A stretch of 44,703 bases of DNA, taken from the IMG/VR virus record IMGVR_UViG_2718218308_000001. The stretch is one strand, 5' to 3'. This DNA is from a virus (Duplodnaviria > Heunggongvirae > Uroviricota > Caudoviricetes). The notes beneath the pieces were generated by a model. The model saw only the letters and a list, made by a program, of their open reading frames with translations, had not been told where the DNA came from and searched no databases. The position numbers and the translations under genes were made by a program. Shown here piece after piece: positions 24,282 to 37,790 of this stretch; the stretch's first letter is position 1, and the number at the start of each line of letters is the position of its first letter.

Positions 24282-25307
24282 ATGTCGATGTACACAACCG
24301 CCCAGCTGCTGGCGGCAAATGAGCAGAAATTTAAGTTTGATCCGCTGTTTCTGCGTCTCTTTTTCCGTGAGAGCTATCCCTTCACCACGGAGAAAGTCTA
24401 TCTCTCACAAATTCCTGGACTGGTAAACATGGCGCTGTACGTTTCGCCAATTGTTTCCGGTGAGGTTATCCGTTCCCGTGGCGGCTCCACCTCTGAATTT
24501 ACGCCGGGTTATGTCAAGCCGAAGCATGAGGTGAATCCGCAGATGACCCTGCGTCGCCTGCCGGATGAAGATCCGCAGAATCTGGCGGACCCGGCTTACC
24601 GCCGCCGTCGCATCATCCTGCAGAACATGCGTGACGAAGAGCTGGCCATTGCTCAGGTCGAAGAGATGCAGGCAGTTTCTGCCGTGCTCAAGGGCAAATA
24701 CACCATGACCGGTGAAGCCTTCGATCCGGTTGAGGTGGATATGGGCCGCAGTGCGGCGAACAACATCACGCAGTCCGGCGGCACGGAGTGGAGCAAGCGT
24801 GACAAGTCCACGTATGACCCGACCGACGATATCGAAGCCTACGCGCTGAACGCTAGCGGCGTGGTGAATATCATCGTGTTTGATCCGAAAGGCTGGGCGC
24901 TGTTCCGTTCCTTCAAAGCCGTCAAGGAGAAGCTGGATACCCGTCGCGGCTCTAATTCCGAGCTGGAGACAGCGGTAAAAGACCTGGGCGAAGCGGTGTC
25001 CTATAAGGGGATGTATGGCGATACGGCGATCGTCGTGTATTCCGGACAGTACGTGGAAAACGACGTCAAAAAGAACTTCCTGCCGGACAACACGATGGTG
25101 CTGGGGAACACTCAGGCACGCGGTCTGCGCACCTATGGCTGCATTCAGGATGCGGACGCACAGCGCGAAGGTATTAACGCCTCTGCCCGCTACCCGAAAA
25201 ACAGGGTGACCACCGGCGATCCGGCGCGTGAGTTCACCATGATTCAGTCAGCACCGCTGATGCTGCTGGCTGATCCTGATGCGTTCGTGTCCGTACAACT
25301 GGCGTAA
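24282..25307 (+). CDS. E: Major capsid protein E
   Basis: 341-aa product starting MSMYTTAQLLAANEQKFKFDPLF..., matching lambda gpE. Confidence 0.95.
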   Translation: MSMYTTAQLLAANEQKFKFDPLFLRLFFRESYPFTTEKVYLSQIPGLVNMALYVSPIVSGEVIRSRGGSTSEFTPGYVKPKHEVNPQMTLRRLPDEDPQNLADPAYRRRRIILQNMRDEELAIAQVEEMQAVSAVLKGKYTMTGEAFDPVEVDMGRSAANNITQSGGTEWSKRDKSTYDPTDDIEAYALNASGVVNIIVFDPKGWALFRSFKAVKEKLDTRRGSNSELETAVKDLGEAVSYKGMYGDTAIVVYSGQYVENDVKKNFLPDNTMVLGNTQARGLRTYGCIQDADAQREGINASARYPKNRVTTGDPAREFTMIQSAPLMLLADPDAFVSVQLA

Positions 25308-25348
25308 TCATGGCCCTTCGGGGCCATTTTCTCTCTGTGGAGGAGTCC

Positions 25349-25744
25349 ATGACGAAAGATGAACTGATTGCCCGTCTTCAGGTGCTGGGTGAGCAACTGA
25401 ACCGTGATGTCAGCCTGACGGGGACGAAAGAAGAACTGGTGCTCCGTGTGGCAGAGCTGGAAGAGGAGCTTGATGACACGGATGACGCTGCCGGTCAGGA
25501 CACATCTGTCAGCCCGGAAAATGCGCTGACCGGACATGAAAATGAGGTGGTATCAGCGCAGCCGGATACCGTGATTGATACGGCTGCTCTGGTCACGGTC
25601 GTGGCACTGGTGACGCTGCATACTGATGCACTTCACGCCACGCGGGATGAGCCTGTGGCATTTGTGCTGCCGGGAACGGCGTTTCGTGTCTCTGCCGGTG
25701 TGGCAGCCGAAATGACAGAACATGGCCTGGCCAGAATGCAATAA
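25349..25744 (+). CDS. FI: DNA-packaging protein FI
   Basis: Product starting MTKDELIARLQVLGEQLNRDVSLTGTKEEL... matches lambda gpFI. Confidence 0.85.
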   Translation: MTKDELIARLQVLGEQLNRDVSLTGTKEELVLRVAELEEELDDTDDAAGQDTSVSPENALTGHENEVVSAQPDTVIDTAALVTVVALVTLHTDALHATRDEPVAFVLPGTAFRVSAGVAAEMTEHGLARMQ

Positions 25745-25755
25745 CGGGAGGCGCT

Positions 25756-26109
25756 GTGGCTGATTCCGATAACCTGTTCGATGCTGCCATTGCCCGCGCC
25801 GATGAAACGATACGCGGGTACATGGGAACGTCAGCCACCATGACATCCGGTGAGCTGTCCGGTGCTGTGATACGTGGTGTTTTTGATGACCCTGAAAATA
25901 TCAGCTATGCCGGACAGGGGGTGCGCGTTGAAGGCTCCAGCCCGTCCCTGTTTGTCCGGACTGATGATGTGCGGCAGCTGCGGCGTGGAGACACACTGAC
26001 CATCGGCGAGGAAAACTTCTGGGTGGACCGGATTTCGCCGGATGATGGCGGAAGCTGTCATCTCTGGCTTGGGCGTGGCGTGCCGCCTGCCGTTAACCGT
26101 CGCCGCTGA
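25756..26109 (+). CDS. FII: Head-tail connector protein FII
   Basis: 117-aa product MADSDNLFDAAIARADETIRGYMG... matches lambda gpFII. Confidence 0.9.
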   Translation: MADSDNLFDAAIARADETIRGYMGTSATMTSGELSGAVIRGVFDDPENISYAGQGVRVEGSSPSLFVRTDDVRQLRRGDTLTIGEENFWVDRISPDDGGSCHLWLGRGVPPAVNRRR

Positions 26110-26120
26110 AAGGGGGATGT

Positions 26121-26699
26121 ATGGCCATAAAAGGTCTTGAGCAGGCCGTTGAAAACCTCAGCCGTATCAGCAAAACGGCGGTGCCTGGTGCCGCCGCAAT
26201 GGCCATTAACCGCGTTGCGTCATCCGCGATATCGCAGTCTGCGTCACAGGTTGCCCGTGAGACAAAGGTACGCCGGAAACTGGTAAAGGAAAGGGCCAGG
26301 CTGAAAAGGGCCACGGTCAAAAATCCGCAGGCCAGAATCAGGGTTAACCGGGGGGATTTGCCCGTAATCAAGCTGGGTAACGCGCGGGTTGTCCTTTCCC
26401 GCCGCAGACGTCGTAAAAAGGGGCAGCGTTCATCCCTGAAAGGTGGCGGCAGCGTGCTTGTGGTGGGAAACCGTCGTATTCCCGGCGCGTTTATTCAGCA
26501 ACTGAAAAATGGCCGGTGGCATGTCATGCAGCGTGTGGCCGGGAAAAACCGTTACCCCATTGATGTGGTGAAAATCCCGATGGCGGTGCCGCTTACCACG
26601 GCGTTTAAACAGAATATTGAACGGATACGGCGTGAACGTCTTCCGAAAGAGCTGGGCTATGCGCTGCAGCATCAACTGAGAATGGTAATAAAGCGATGA
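26121..26699 (+). CDS. Z: Tail completion protein Z
   Basis: 192-aa ORF in the lambda gene order after FII. Confidence 0.9.
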   Translation: MAIKGLEQAVENLSRISKTAVPGAAAMAINRVASSAISQSASQVARETKVRRKLVKERARLKRATVKNPQARIRVNRGDLPVIKLGNARVVLSRRRRRKKGQRSSLKGGGSVLVVGNRRIPGAFIQQLKNGRWHVMQRVAGKNRYPIDVVKIPMAVPLTTAFKQNIERIRRERLPKELGYALQHQLRMVIKR

Positions 26700-27091
26700 A
26701 ACATACTGAACTCCGTGCAGCCGTACTGGATGCACTGGAGAAGCATGACACCGGGGCGACGCTTTTTGATGGTCGCCCCGCTGTTTTTGATGAGGCGGAT
26801 TTTCCGGCAATTGCCGTTTATCTCACCGGCGCTGAATACACGGGCGAAGAGCTGGACAGTGATACCTGGCAGGCGGAGCTGCATATTGAAGTTTTCCTGC
26901 CTGCTCAGGTGCCGGATTCAGAGCTGGATTCGTGGATGGAGTCCCGGATTTATCCGGTGATGAGCGATGTCCCGGCACTGTCAGATTTGATCACCAGTAT
27001 GGTGGCCAGTGGCTATGACTACCGGCGCGACGATGATGCGGGCCTGTGGAGTTCAGCCGATCTGACTTATGTCATTACCTATGAAATGTGA
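26696..27091 (+). CDS. U: Tail terminator protein U
   Basis: 131-aa ORF overlapping the Z stop; lambda gpU position and size. Confidence 0.9.
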   Translation: MKHTELRAAVLDALEKHDTGATLFDGRPAVFDEADFPAIAVYLTGAEYTGEELDSDTWQAELHIEVFLPAQVPDSELDSWMESRIYPVMSDVPALSDLITSMVASGYDYRRDDDAGLWSSADLTYVITYEM

Positions 27092-27098
27092 GGACGAT

Positions 27099-27839
27099 AT
27101 GCCTGTACCAAATCCAGTAATGCCGGTGAAAGGGGCCGGGACCACACTGTGGGTTTATAAGGGGAACGGTGACCCTTATGCGAACCCGCTTTCAGACGTT
27201 GACTGGTCGCGTCTGGCTAAAGTTAAAGACCTGACGCCCGGCGAACTGACCGCTGAGTCCTATGACGACAGCTATCTCGATGATGAAGATGCGGACTGGA
27301 CTGCGACCGGGCAGGGGCAGAAATCTGCCGGAGATACCAGCTTCACGCTGGCGTGGATGCCCGGAGAGCAGGGGCAGCAGGCGCTGCTGGCGTGGTTTAA
27401 TGAAGGGGATACCCGTGCCTATAAAATCCGCTTCCCGAACGGCACGGTCGATGTGTTCCGCGGCTGGGTCAGCAGTATCGGTAAGGCGGTGACGGCGAAG
27501 GAAGTGATCACCCGCACGGTGAAAGTCACCAACGTGAGACGTCCGTCGATGGCAGAAGATCGCAGCACGGTAACAGCGGCAACCGGCATGACCGTGACGC
27601 CTGCCAGCACTTCGGTGGTGAAAGGGCAGAGCACCACGCTGACCGTGGCATTCCAGCCGGAAGGCGCAACCGACAAGAGCTTCCGTGCGGTGTCTGCGGA
27701 TAAAACAAAAGCCACCGTGTCGGTCAGTGGTATGACCATCACCGTGAAAGGTGTTGCTGCAGGCAAGGTCAACATTCCGGTTGTATCCGGTAATGGTGAA
27801 CTTGCTGTGGTTGCAGAAATCACCGTCACCGACAGTTAA
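27099..27839 (+). CDS. V: Major tail tube protein V (with C-terminal Ig-like domain)
   Basis: 246-aa product [22 protein letters not shown]... matches lambda gpV. Confidence 0.9.
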   Translation: MPVPNPVMPVKGAGTTLWVYKGNGDPYANPLSDVDWSRLAKVKDLTPGELTAESYDDSYLDDEDADWTATGQGQKSAGDTSFTLAWMPGEQGQQALLAWFNEGDTRAYKIRFPNGTVDVFRGWVSSIGKAVTAKEVITRTVKVTNVRRPSMAEDRSTVTAATGMTVTPASTSVVKGQSTTLTVAFQPEGATDKSFRAVSADKTKATVSVSGMTITVKGVAAGKVNIPVVSGNGELAVVAEITVTDS

Positions 27840-27854
27840 TCCGGAGAGTCAGCG

Positions 27855-28277
27855 ATGTTCCTGAAAACCGAATCATTTGAATATAACGGTGTGAGCGTCA
27901 CGCTTTCTGAACTGTCAGCCCTGCAGCGAATTGAGCATCTCGCCCTGCTGAAACGACAGGCAGAACAGGCGGGATCCAGTCTCAATCGACAGGTGAGCGT
28001 GGAAGATCTCGTCAGAACCGGTGCTTTTCTGGTGGCGATGTCCCTGTGGCATAGCCATCCGCAGAAGACAAAGATGCCGTCCATGAATGAAGCCGTTAAA
28101 CAAATTGAGCAGGAAGTGCTTACCACCTGGCCCACAGAGGCAATTGCTCAGGCTGAAAATGTGGTAATGCGTCTGTCCGGTATGTCTGAGTTTGTTGTGA
28201 ATGATGCACCTGAACAGGCAGATGACGCCGGGCCAGCAGAGCCTGTTTCTGCGGGAAAGTGTTCGACGGTGAGCTGA
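27855..28277 (+). CDS. G: Tail assembly chaperone G
   Basis: 140-aa ORF; lambda gpG position; slippery GGGAAAG near the 3' end. Confidence 0.9.
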   Translation: MFLKTESFEYNGVSVTLSELSALQRIEHLALLKRQAEQAGSSLNRQVSVEDLVRTGAFLVAMSLWHSHPQKTKMPSMNEAVKQIEQEVLTTWPTEAIAQAENVVMRLSGMSEFVVNDAPEQADDAGPAEPVSAGKCSTVS

Positions 28278-28693
28278 GTTTTGCCCTGAAACTGGCGCGT
28301 GAGATGGGGCGACCCGACTGGCGCGCCATGCTTGCCGGGATGTCATCCACGGAGTATGCCGACTGGCACCGCTTTTACAGTACCCATTATTTTCATGATG
28401 TTCTGCTGGATATGCACTTTTCCGGGCTGACGTACACCGTACTCAGCCTGTTTTTCAGCGATCCGGATATGCATCCGCTGGATTTCAGTCTGCTGAACCG
28501 GCGCGAGGCTGACGAAGAGCCTGAAGATGATGTGCTGATGCAGAAAGCGGCAGGGCTTGCCGGAGGCGTCCGCTTTGGCCCGGACGGGAATGAAGTTATC
28601 CCCGCTTCCCCGGATGTGGCGGACATGACGGAGGATGACGTAATGCTGATGACAGTATCAGAAGGGATCGCAGGAGGAGTCCGGTATGGCTGA
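28259..28693 (+). CDS. T: Tail assembly chaperone T (expressed as a G-T fusion by programmed -1 frameshift)
   Basis: ORF in the -1 frame overlapping the end of G; slippery heptamer GGGAAAG at about 28252..28258, as in lambda. Confidence 0.85.
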   Translation: MFDGELSFALKLAREMGRPDWRAMLAGMSSTEYADWHRFYSTHYFHDVLLDMHFSGLTYTVLSLFFSDPDMHPLDFSLLNRREADEEPEDDVLMQKAAGLAGGVRFGPDGNEVIPASPDVADMTEDDVMLMTVSEGIAGGVRYG

Positions 28694-31265
28694 ACCGGTA
28701 GGCGATCTGGTCGTTGATTTAAGTCTGGATGCGGCCAGATTTGACGAGCAGATGGCCAGAGTCAGGCGTCATTTTTCCGGTACGGAAACTGATGCGAAAA
28801 AAACAGCGGCAGTCGTTGAACAGTCGCTGAGCCGACAGGCGCTGGCTGCACAGAAAGCGGGGATTTCCGTCGGGCAGTATAAAGCCGCCATGCGTATGCT
28901 GCCTGCACAGTTCACCGACGTGGCCACGCAGCTTGCAGGCGGGCAAAGTCCGTGGCTGATCCTGCTGCAACAGGGTGGTCAGGTTAAGGACTCCTTCGGC
29001 GGGATGATCCCCATGTTCAGGGGGCTTGCCGGTGCGATCACCCTGCCGATGGTGGGGGCCACCTCGCTGGCGGTGGCGACCGGTGCGCTGGCGTATGCCT
29101 GGTATCAGGGCAACTCAACCCTGTCCGATTTCAACAAAACGCTGGTCCTTTCCGGCAATCAGGCGGGACTGACGGCAGATCGTATTCTGGCCCTGTCCAG
29201 AGCCGGGCAGGCGGCAGGGCTGACGTTTAACCAGACCAGCGAGTCACTGACGGCGCTGGTGAATGCCGGTGTGCGTGGTGGTGAGCAGTTTGAGGCGATC
29301 AGCCAGAGTGTGGCGCGTTTCTCCTCTGCATCCGGCGTGGAGGTGGACAAGGTCGCTGAAGCCTTCGGGAAGCTGACCACAGACCCGACGTCGGGACTGA
29401 CAGCGATGGCACGTCAGTTCCATAACGTGACGGCGGAGCAGATTGCGTATGTTGCTCAGTTGCAGCGTTCCGGAGATGAAGCCGGGGCATTGCAGGCGGC
29501 GAACGAGGCCGCAACGAAAGGGTTTGATGACCAGACCCGCCGCCTGAAAGAGAACATGGGCACGCTGGAGACCTGGGCAGACAGGACAGCACGGGCATTC
29601 AAATCCATGTGGGATTCGGTGCTGGATATTGGTCGCCCGGACACTGCCCAGGGAATGCTGGAGAAAGCAGAAAAGGCTTTTGATGAGGCGGACAAAAAAT
29701 GGCAGTGGTATCAGAGCCGAAGCCACCGGCGCGGTAAAACCTCAGCATTTCTTGCCAATCTCCGGGGAGCATGGGAGGACAGAGCGAATGCGCAACTTGG
29801 GCTTTCAGCCGCCACGTTGCAGGCCGATCTTGAAAAGGCCAGAGAGATGGCAGCAAAGGACTGGGCCGAGTCTGAGGCATCACGGCTGAAATATACCGAA
29901 GAGGCGCAGAAGGCTTACGAACGCCTGCAGACGCCGCTGGAGAAATATACCGCCCGTCAGGAAGAACTGAACAAGGCACTGAAAGACGGGAAAATCCTGC
30001 AGGCAGATTACAACACGCTGATGGCGGCGGCGAAAAAGGATTATGAAGCGACGCTGAAAAAGCCGAAACAGTCCGGCGTGAAAGTGTCTGCGGGCGATCG
30101 TCAGGAAGACAGTGCTCATGCTGCCCTGCTGACGCTTCAGGCTGAACTCCGGACGCTGGAGAAGCATGCCGGAGCAAATGAGAAAATCAGCCAGCAGCGC
30201 CGGGATTTGTGGAAGGCGGAGAGTCAGTTCGCGGTACTGGAGGAGGCGGCGCAACGTCGCCAGCTGTCCGCACAGGAGAAATCCCTGCTGGCGCATAAAG
30301 ATGAGACGCTGGAGTACAAACGCCAGCTGGCTGCACTTGGCGACAAGGTTACGTATCAGGAGCGCCTGAACGCGCTGGCGCAGCAGGCGGATAAGTTCGC
30401 ACAGCAACAACGGGCAAAACGGGCAGCCATTGAGGCGAAAAACCGGGGGCTTACTGACCGGCAGGCAGCGCGGGAAGCCACAGAACAGCGCCTGAAGGAA
30501 CAGTATGGCGATAATTCGCTGGCGCTGAATAACGTCATGTCAGAGCAGAAAAAGACCTGGGCGGCTGAAGACCAGCTTCGCGGGAGCTGGATGGCAGGCC
30601 TCAGGTCCGGCTGGAGTGAGTGGGAAGAGAGCGCCACGGACAGTATGTCGCAGGTTAAAAGTGCAGCCACGCAGACCTTTGATGGTATTGCGCAGAATAT
30701 GGCGGCGATGCTGACCGGCAGTGAGCAGAACTGGCGCAGCTTCACCCGTTCCGTGCTGTCCATGATGACAGAAATTCTGCTTAAGCAGGCAATGGTGGGG
30801 ATTGTCGGGAGTATCGGTAGCGCCATTGGCGGGGCTGTTGGTGGCGGCGCATCCGCATCAGGCGGTACAGCCATTCAGGCCGCTGCGGCGAAATTCCATT
30901 TTGCAACCGGAGGATTTACGGGAACCGGCGGCAAATATGAGCCAGCGGGGATTGTTCACCGTGGTGAATTTGTCTTCACGAAGGAGGCAACCAGCCGAAT
31001 TGGTGTTGGCAACCTGTACCGCCTGATGCGGGGCTATGCGGAAGGTGGTTATGTGGGCGGTGCCGGAAGTCCGGCGCAGATGCGGCGGGCTGAAGGCATT
31101 AATTTTAATCAGAACAATCACGTGGTGATTCAGAACGACGGTACGAATGGTCTGCCAGGTCCACAGATGATGAAGGCAGTGTATGACATGGCCCGCAAGG
31201 GTGCCCGTGATGAAATTCAGGCACAGATGCGCGATGGTGGTCTGTTCTCCGGAGGTGGACGATGA
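28686..31265 (+). CDS. H: Tail tape-measure protein H
   Basis: 859-aa largely helical ORF in the lambda gpH position. Confidence 0.9.
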   Translation: MAEPVGDLVVDLSLDAARFDEQMARVRRHFSGTETDAKKTAAVVEQSLSRQALAAQKAGISVGQYKAAMRMLPAQFTDVATQLAGGQSPWLILLQQGGQVKDSFGGMIPMFRGLAGAITLPMVGATSLAVATGALAYAWYQGNSTLSDFNKTLVLSGNQAGLTADRILALSRAGQAAGLTFNQTSESLTALVNAGVRGGEQFEAISQSVARFSSASGVEVDKVAEAFGKLTTDPTSGLTAMARQFHNVTAEQIAYVAQLQRSGDEAGALQAANEAATKGFDDQTRRLKENMGTLETWADRTARAFKSMWDSVLDIGRPDTAQGMLEKAEKAFDEADKKWQWYQSRSHRRGKTSAFLANLRGAWEDRANAQLGLSAATLQADLEKAREMAAKDWAESEASRLKYTEEAQKAYERLQTPLEKYTARQEELNKALKDGKILQADYNTLMAAAKKDYEATLKKPKQSGVKVSAGDRQEDSAHAALLTLQAELRTLEKHAGANEKISQQRRDLWKAESQFAVLEEAAQRRQLSAQEKSLLAHKDETLEYKRQLAALGDKVTYQERLNALAQQADKFAQQQRAKRAAIEAKNRGLTDRQAAREATEQRLKEQYGDNSLALNNVMSEQKKTWAAEDQLRGSWMAGLRSGWSEWEESATDSMSQVKSAATQTFDGIAQNMAAMLTGSEQNWRSFTRSVLSMMTEILLKQAMVGIVGSIGSAIGGAVGGGASASGGTAIQAAAAKFHFATGGFTGTGGKYEPAGIVHRGEFVFTKEATSRIGVGNLYRLMRGYAEGGYVGGAGSPAQMRRAEGINFNQNNHVVIQNDGTNGLPGPQMMKAVYDMARKGARDEIQAQMRDGGLFSGGGR

Positions 31266-31591
31266 AGACCTTCCGCTGGAAAGTGAAACCCGGTATGGAT
31301 GTGGCTTCGGCCCCTTCCGTCAGGAAAGTGCGCTTTGGTGATGGCTATTCCCAGCGAGCGCCTGCCGGGCTGAATGCCGACCTGAAAACGTACAGCGTGA
31401 CGTTTTCTGTTCCCCGTTGGGAGGCCACGGCGCTGGAGTCGTTTCTGGCTGAGCACGGGGGCTGGAAAGCCTTTCTGTGGACGCCGCCTTATGAGTGGCG
31501 GCAGATAAAGGTGACCTGCGCAAAATGGTCGTCGCGGGTCAGTATGCTGCGTGTTGAGTTCAGCGCAGAGTTTGAACAGGTGGTGAACTGA
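31262..31591 (+). CDS. M: Tail tip protein M
   Basis: 109-aa ORF, lambda gpM position and size. Confidence 0.9.
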   Translation: MKTFRWKVKPGMDVASAPSVRKVRFGDGYSQRAPAGLNADLKTYSVTFSVPRWEATALESFLAEHGGWKAFLWTPPYEWRQIKVTCAKWSSRVSMLRVEFSAEFEQVVN

Positions 31592-32289
31592 TGCAGGATA
31601 TCCGGCAGGAAACACTGAATGAATGCACCCGTGCGGAGCAGTCGGCCAGCGTGGTGCTCTGGGAAATCGACCTGACAGAGGTCGGTGGAGAACGTTATTT
31701 TTTCTGTAATGAGCAGAACGAAAAAGGTGAGCCGGTCACCTGGCAGGGGCGACAGTATCAGCCGTATCCCATTCAGGGGAGTGGTTTTGAACTGAATGGC
31801 AAAGGCACCAGTACGCGCCCCACACTGACGGTTTCTAACCTGTACGGTATGGTCACCGGGATGGCGGAAGATCTGCAGAGTCTGGTCGGTGGAACGGTGG
31901 TCCGGCGTAAGGTTTACGCCCGTTTTCTGGATGCGGTGAACTTCGTCAACGGAAACAGTGGCGCCGATCCGGAGCAGGAGGTGATCAGCCGCTGGCGCAT
32001 TGAGCAGTGCAGCGAACTGAGCGCGGTGAGTGCCTCTTTTGTACTGTCCACGCCGACGGAAACGGATGGCGCTGTTTTTCCGGGACGTATCATGCTGGCC
32101 AACACCTGCACCTGGACCTATCGCGGTGACGAGTGCGGTTATAGCGGTCCGGCTGTCGCGGATGAATATGACCAGCCAACGTCCGATATCACGAAGGATA
32201 AATGCAGCAAATGCCTGAGCGGTTGTAAGTTCCGCAATAACGTCGGCAACTTTGGCGGCTTCCTTTCCATTAACAAACTTTCGCAGTAA
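31591..32289 (+). CDS. L: Tail tip protein L
   Basis: 232-aa ORF with Cys cluster, lambda gpL position and size. Confidence 0.9.
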   Translation: MQDIRQETLNECTRAEQSASVVLWEIDLTEVGGERYFFCNEQNEKGEPVTWQGRQYQPYPIQGSGFELNGKGTSTRPTLTVSNLYGMVTGMAEDLQSLVGGTVVRRKVYARFLDAVNFVNGNSGADPEQEVISRWRIEQCSELSAVSASFVLSTPTETDGAVFPGRIMLANTCTWTYRGDECGYSGPAVADEYDQPTSDITKDKCSKCLSGCKFRNNVGNFGGFLSINKLSQ

Positions 32290-32294
32290 ATCCC

Positions 32295-33038
32295 ATGACA
32301 CAGACAGAATCTGCGATTCTGGCGCACGCCCGGCGATGTGCGCCAGCGGAGTCGTGCGGCTTCGTGGTAAGCACGCCGGAGGGGGAAAGATATTTCCCCT
32401 GCGTGAATATCTCCGGTGAGCCGGAGGCGTATTTCCGTATGTCGCCGGAAGACTGGCTGCAGGCAGAAATGCAGGGTGAGATTGTGGCGCTGGTCCACAG
32501 CCACCCCGGTGGTCTGCCCTGGCTGAGTGAGGCCGACCGGCGGCTGCAGGTGCAGAGTGATTTGCCGTGGTGGCTGGTCTGCCGGGGGACGATTCATAAG
32601 TTCCGCTGTGTGCCGCATCTCACCGGGCGGCGCTTTGAGCACGGTGTGACGGACTGTTACACACTGTTCCGGGATGCTTATCATCTGGCGGGGATTGAGA
32701 TGCCGGACTTTCATCGTGAGGATGACTGGTGGCGTAACGGCCAGAATCTCTATCTGGATAATCTGGAGGCGACGGGGCTGTATCAGGTGCCGTTGTCAGC
32801 GGCACAGCCGGGCGATGTGCTGCTGTGCTGTTTTGGTTCATCGGTGCCGAATCACGCCGCAATTTACTGCGGCGACGGCGAGCTGCTGCACCATATTCCT
32901 GAACAACTGAGCAAACGAGAGAGGTACACCGACAAATGGCAGCGACGCACACACTCCCTCTGGCGTCACCGGGCATGGCGCGCATCTGCCTTTACGGGGA
33001 TTTACAACGATTTGGTCGCCGCATCGACCTTCGTGTGA
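32295..33038 (+). CDS. K: Tail tip assembly protein K (JAB/MPN and NlpC/P60-like motifs)
   Basis: ORF with HSHPGG-type motif; lambda gpK position; overlaps the start of I. Confidence 0.85.
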   Translation: MTQTESAILAHARRCAPAESCGFVVSTPEGERYFPCVNISGEPEAYFRMSPEDWLQAEMQGEIVALVHSHPGGLPWLSEADRRLQVQSDLPWWLVCRGTIHKFRCVPHLTGRRFEHGVTDCYTLFRDAYHLAGIEMPDFHREDDWWRNGQNLYLDNLEATGLYQVPLSAAQPGDVLLCCFGSSVPNHAAIYCGDGELLHHIPEQLSKRERYTDKWQRRTHSLWRHRAWRASAFTGIYNDLVAASTFV

Positions 33039-33607
33039 AAACGGGGGCTGAAGCCATCCGGGCACTGGCCACACAGCTCCCGGCGTTTCGTCAGAAACTG
33101 AGCGACGGCTGGTATCAGGTACGGATTGCCGGGCGGGACGTCAGCACGTCCGGGTTAACGGCGCAGTTACATGAGACTCTGCCTGATGGCGCTGTGATTC
33201 ATATTGTTCCCAGAGTCGCCGGGGCCAAGTCAGGTGGCGTATTCCAGATTGTCCTGGGGGCTGCCGCCATTGCCGGATCATTCTTTACCGCCGGAGCCAC
33301 CCTTGCAGCATGGGGGGCAGCCATTGGGGCCGGTGGTATGACCGGCATCCTGTTTTCTCTCGGTGCCAGTATGGTGCTCGGTGGTGTGGCGCAGATGCTG
33401 GCACCGAAAGCCAGAACTCCCCGTACACAGACAACGGATAACGGCAAACAGAACACCTATTTCTCCTCACTGGATAACATGGTTGCCCAGGGCAATGTTC
33501 TGCCGGTTCTGTACGGTGAAATGCGCGTGGGGTCACGCGTGGTTTCTCAGGAGATCAGCACGGCAGACGAAGGGGACGGTGGTCAGGTTGTGGTGATTGG
33601 TCGCTGA
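32936..33607 (+). CDS. I: Tail tip assembly protein I
   Basis: 223-aa ORF, lambda gpI position and size. Confidence 0.85.
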   Translation: MAATHTLPLASPGMARICLYGDLQRFGRRIDLRVKTGAEAIRALATQLPAFRQKLSDGWYQVRIAGRDVSTSGLTAQLHETLPDGAVIHIVPRVAGAKSGGVFQIVLGAAAIAGSFFTAGATLAAWGAAIGAGGMTGILFSLGASMVLGGVAQMLAPKARTPRTQTTDNGKQNTYFSSLDNMVAQGNVLPVLYGEMRVGSRVVSQEISTADEGDGGQVVVIGR

Positions 33608-33664
33608 TGCAAAATGTTTTATGTGAAACCGCCTGCGGGCGGTTTTGTCGTTTATGGAGCGTGA

Positions 33665-37066
<3,402 letters not shown>

Positions 37067-37084
37067 ATTTTATAACCCAGAACG

Positions 37085-37108
37085 GGCGTCAGAAATGACG
37101 CCTTTTTT
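37085..37108 (+). terminator. Rho-independent terminator between J and lom
   Basis: Hairpin GGCGTCA-GAAA-TGACGCC followed by TTTTTT. Confidence 0.6.
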
Positions 37109-37132
37109 ATTGCAGAAAAGCGAGAGGTAATT

Positions 37133-37732
37133 ATGCGTAAACTTTATGCCGCCATTTTGTCCGCAGCCATTTGTCTGGCCGTATCCGGTGCGCCTGCATG
37201 GGCGTCTGAACATCAGTCCACGCTGAGCGCGGGCTATCTTCATGCCTCGACGAACGTTTCCGGCAGCGATGATCTGAACGGGATTAACGTGAAATACCGT
37301 TATGAGTTTACGGACACGCTGGGAATGGTGACGTCATTCAGCTATGCAGGAGACAAGAATCGCCAGCTTACCCGTTACAGCGATACCCGCTGGCATGAAG
37401 ATTCCGTGCGTAACCGCTGGTTCAGCGTAATGGCGGGGCCGTCTGTGCGCGTGAATGAATGGTTCAGCGCGTATGCGATGGCGGGTGTGGCTTACAGCCG
37501 TGTGTCGACTTTCTCCGGGGATTATCTCCGCGTAATTGACAACAAGGGGAAAACGCACGACGTGCTGACCGGAAGTGATGACGGTCGCCACAGCAACACG
37601 TCTCTGGCGTGGGGAGCTGGCGTGCAGTTTAACCCGACCGAATCCGTGGCCATTGATATTGCTTATGAAGGCTCCGGCAGTGGTGACTGGCGCACTGACG
37701 GTTTCATCGTGGGTGTCGGTTATAAATTCTGA
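37133..37732 (+). CDS. lom: Outer-membrane beta-barrel protein Lom (Ail/OmpX family)
   Basis: 199-aa ORF with signal peptide and C-terminal aromatic residue (YKF); lambda lom position. Confidence 0.9.
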
Positions 37733-37759
37733 TTAGCCAGGTAACACAGTGTTATGACA

Positions 37760-37785
37760 GCCCGCCGGTTCAGGCGGGCTTTTTT
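37760..37785 (+). terminator. Rho-independent terminator after lom
   Basis: Hairpin GCCCGCC-GGTTCAG-GCGGGC followed by TTTTTT. Confidence 0.6.
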
Positions 37786-37790
37786 GTGGG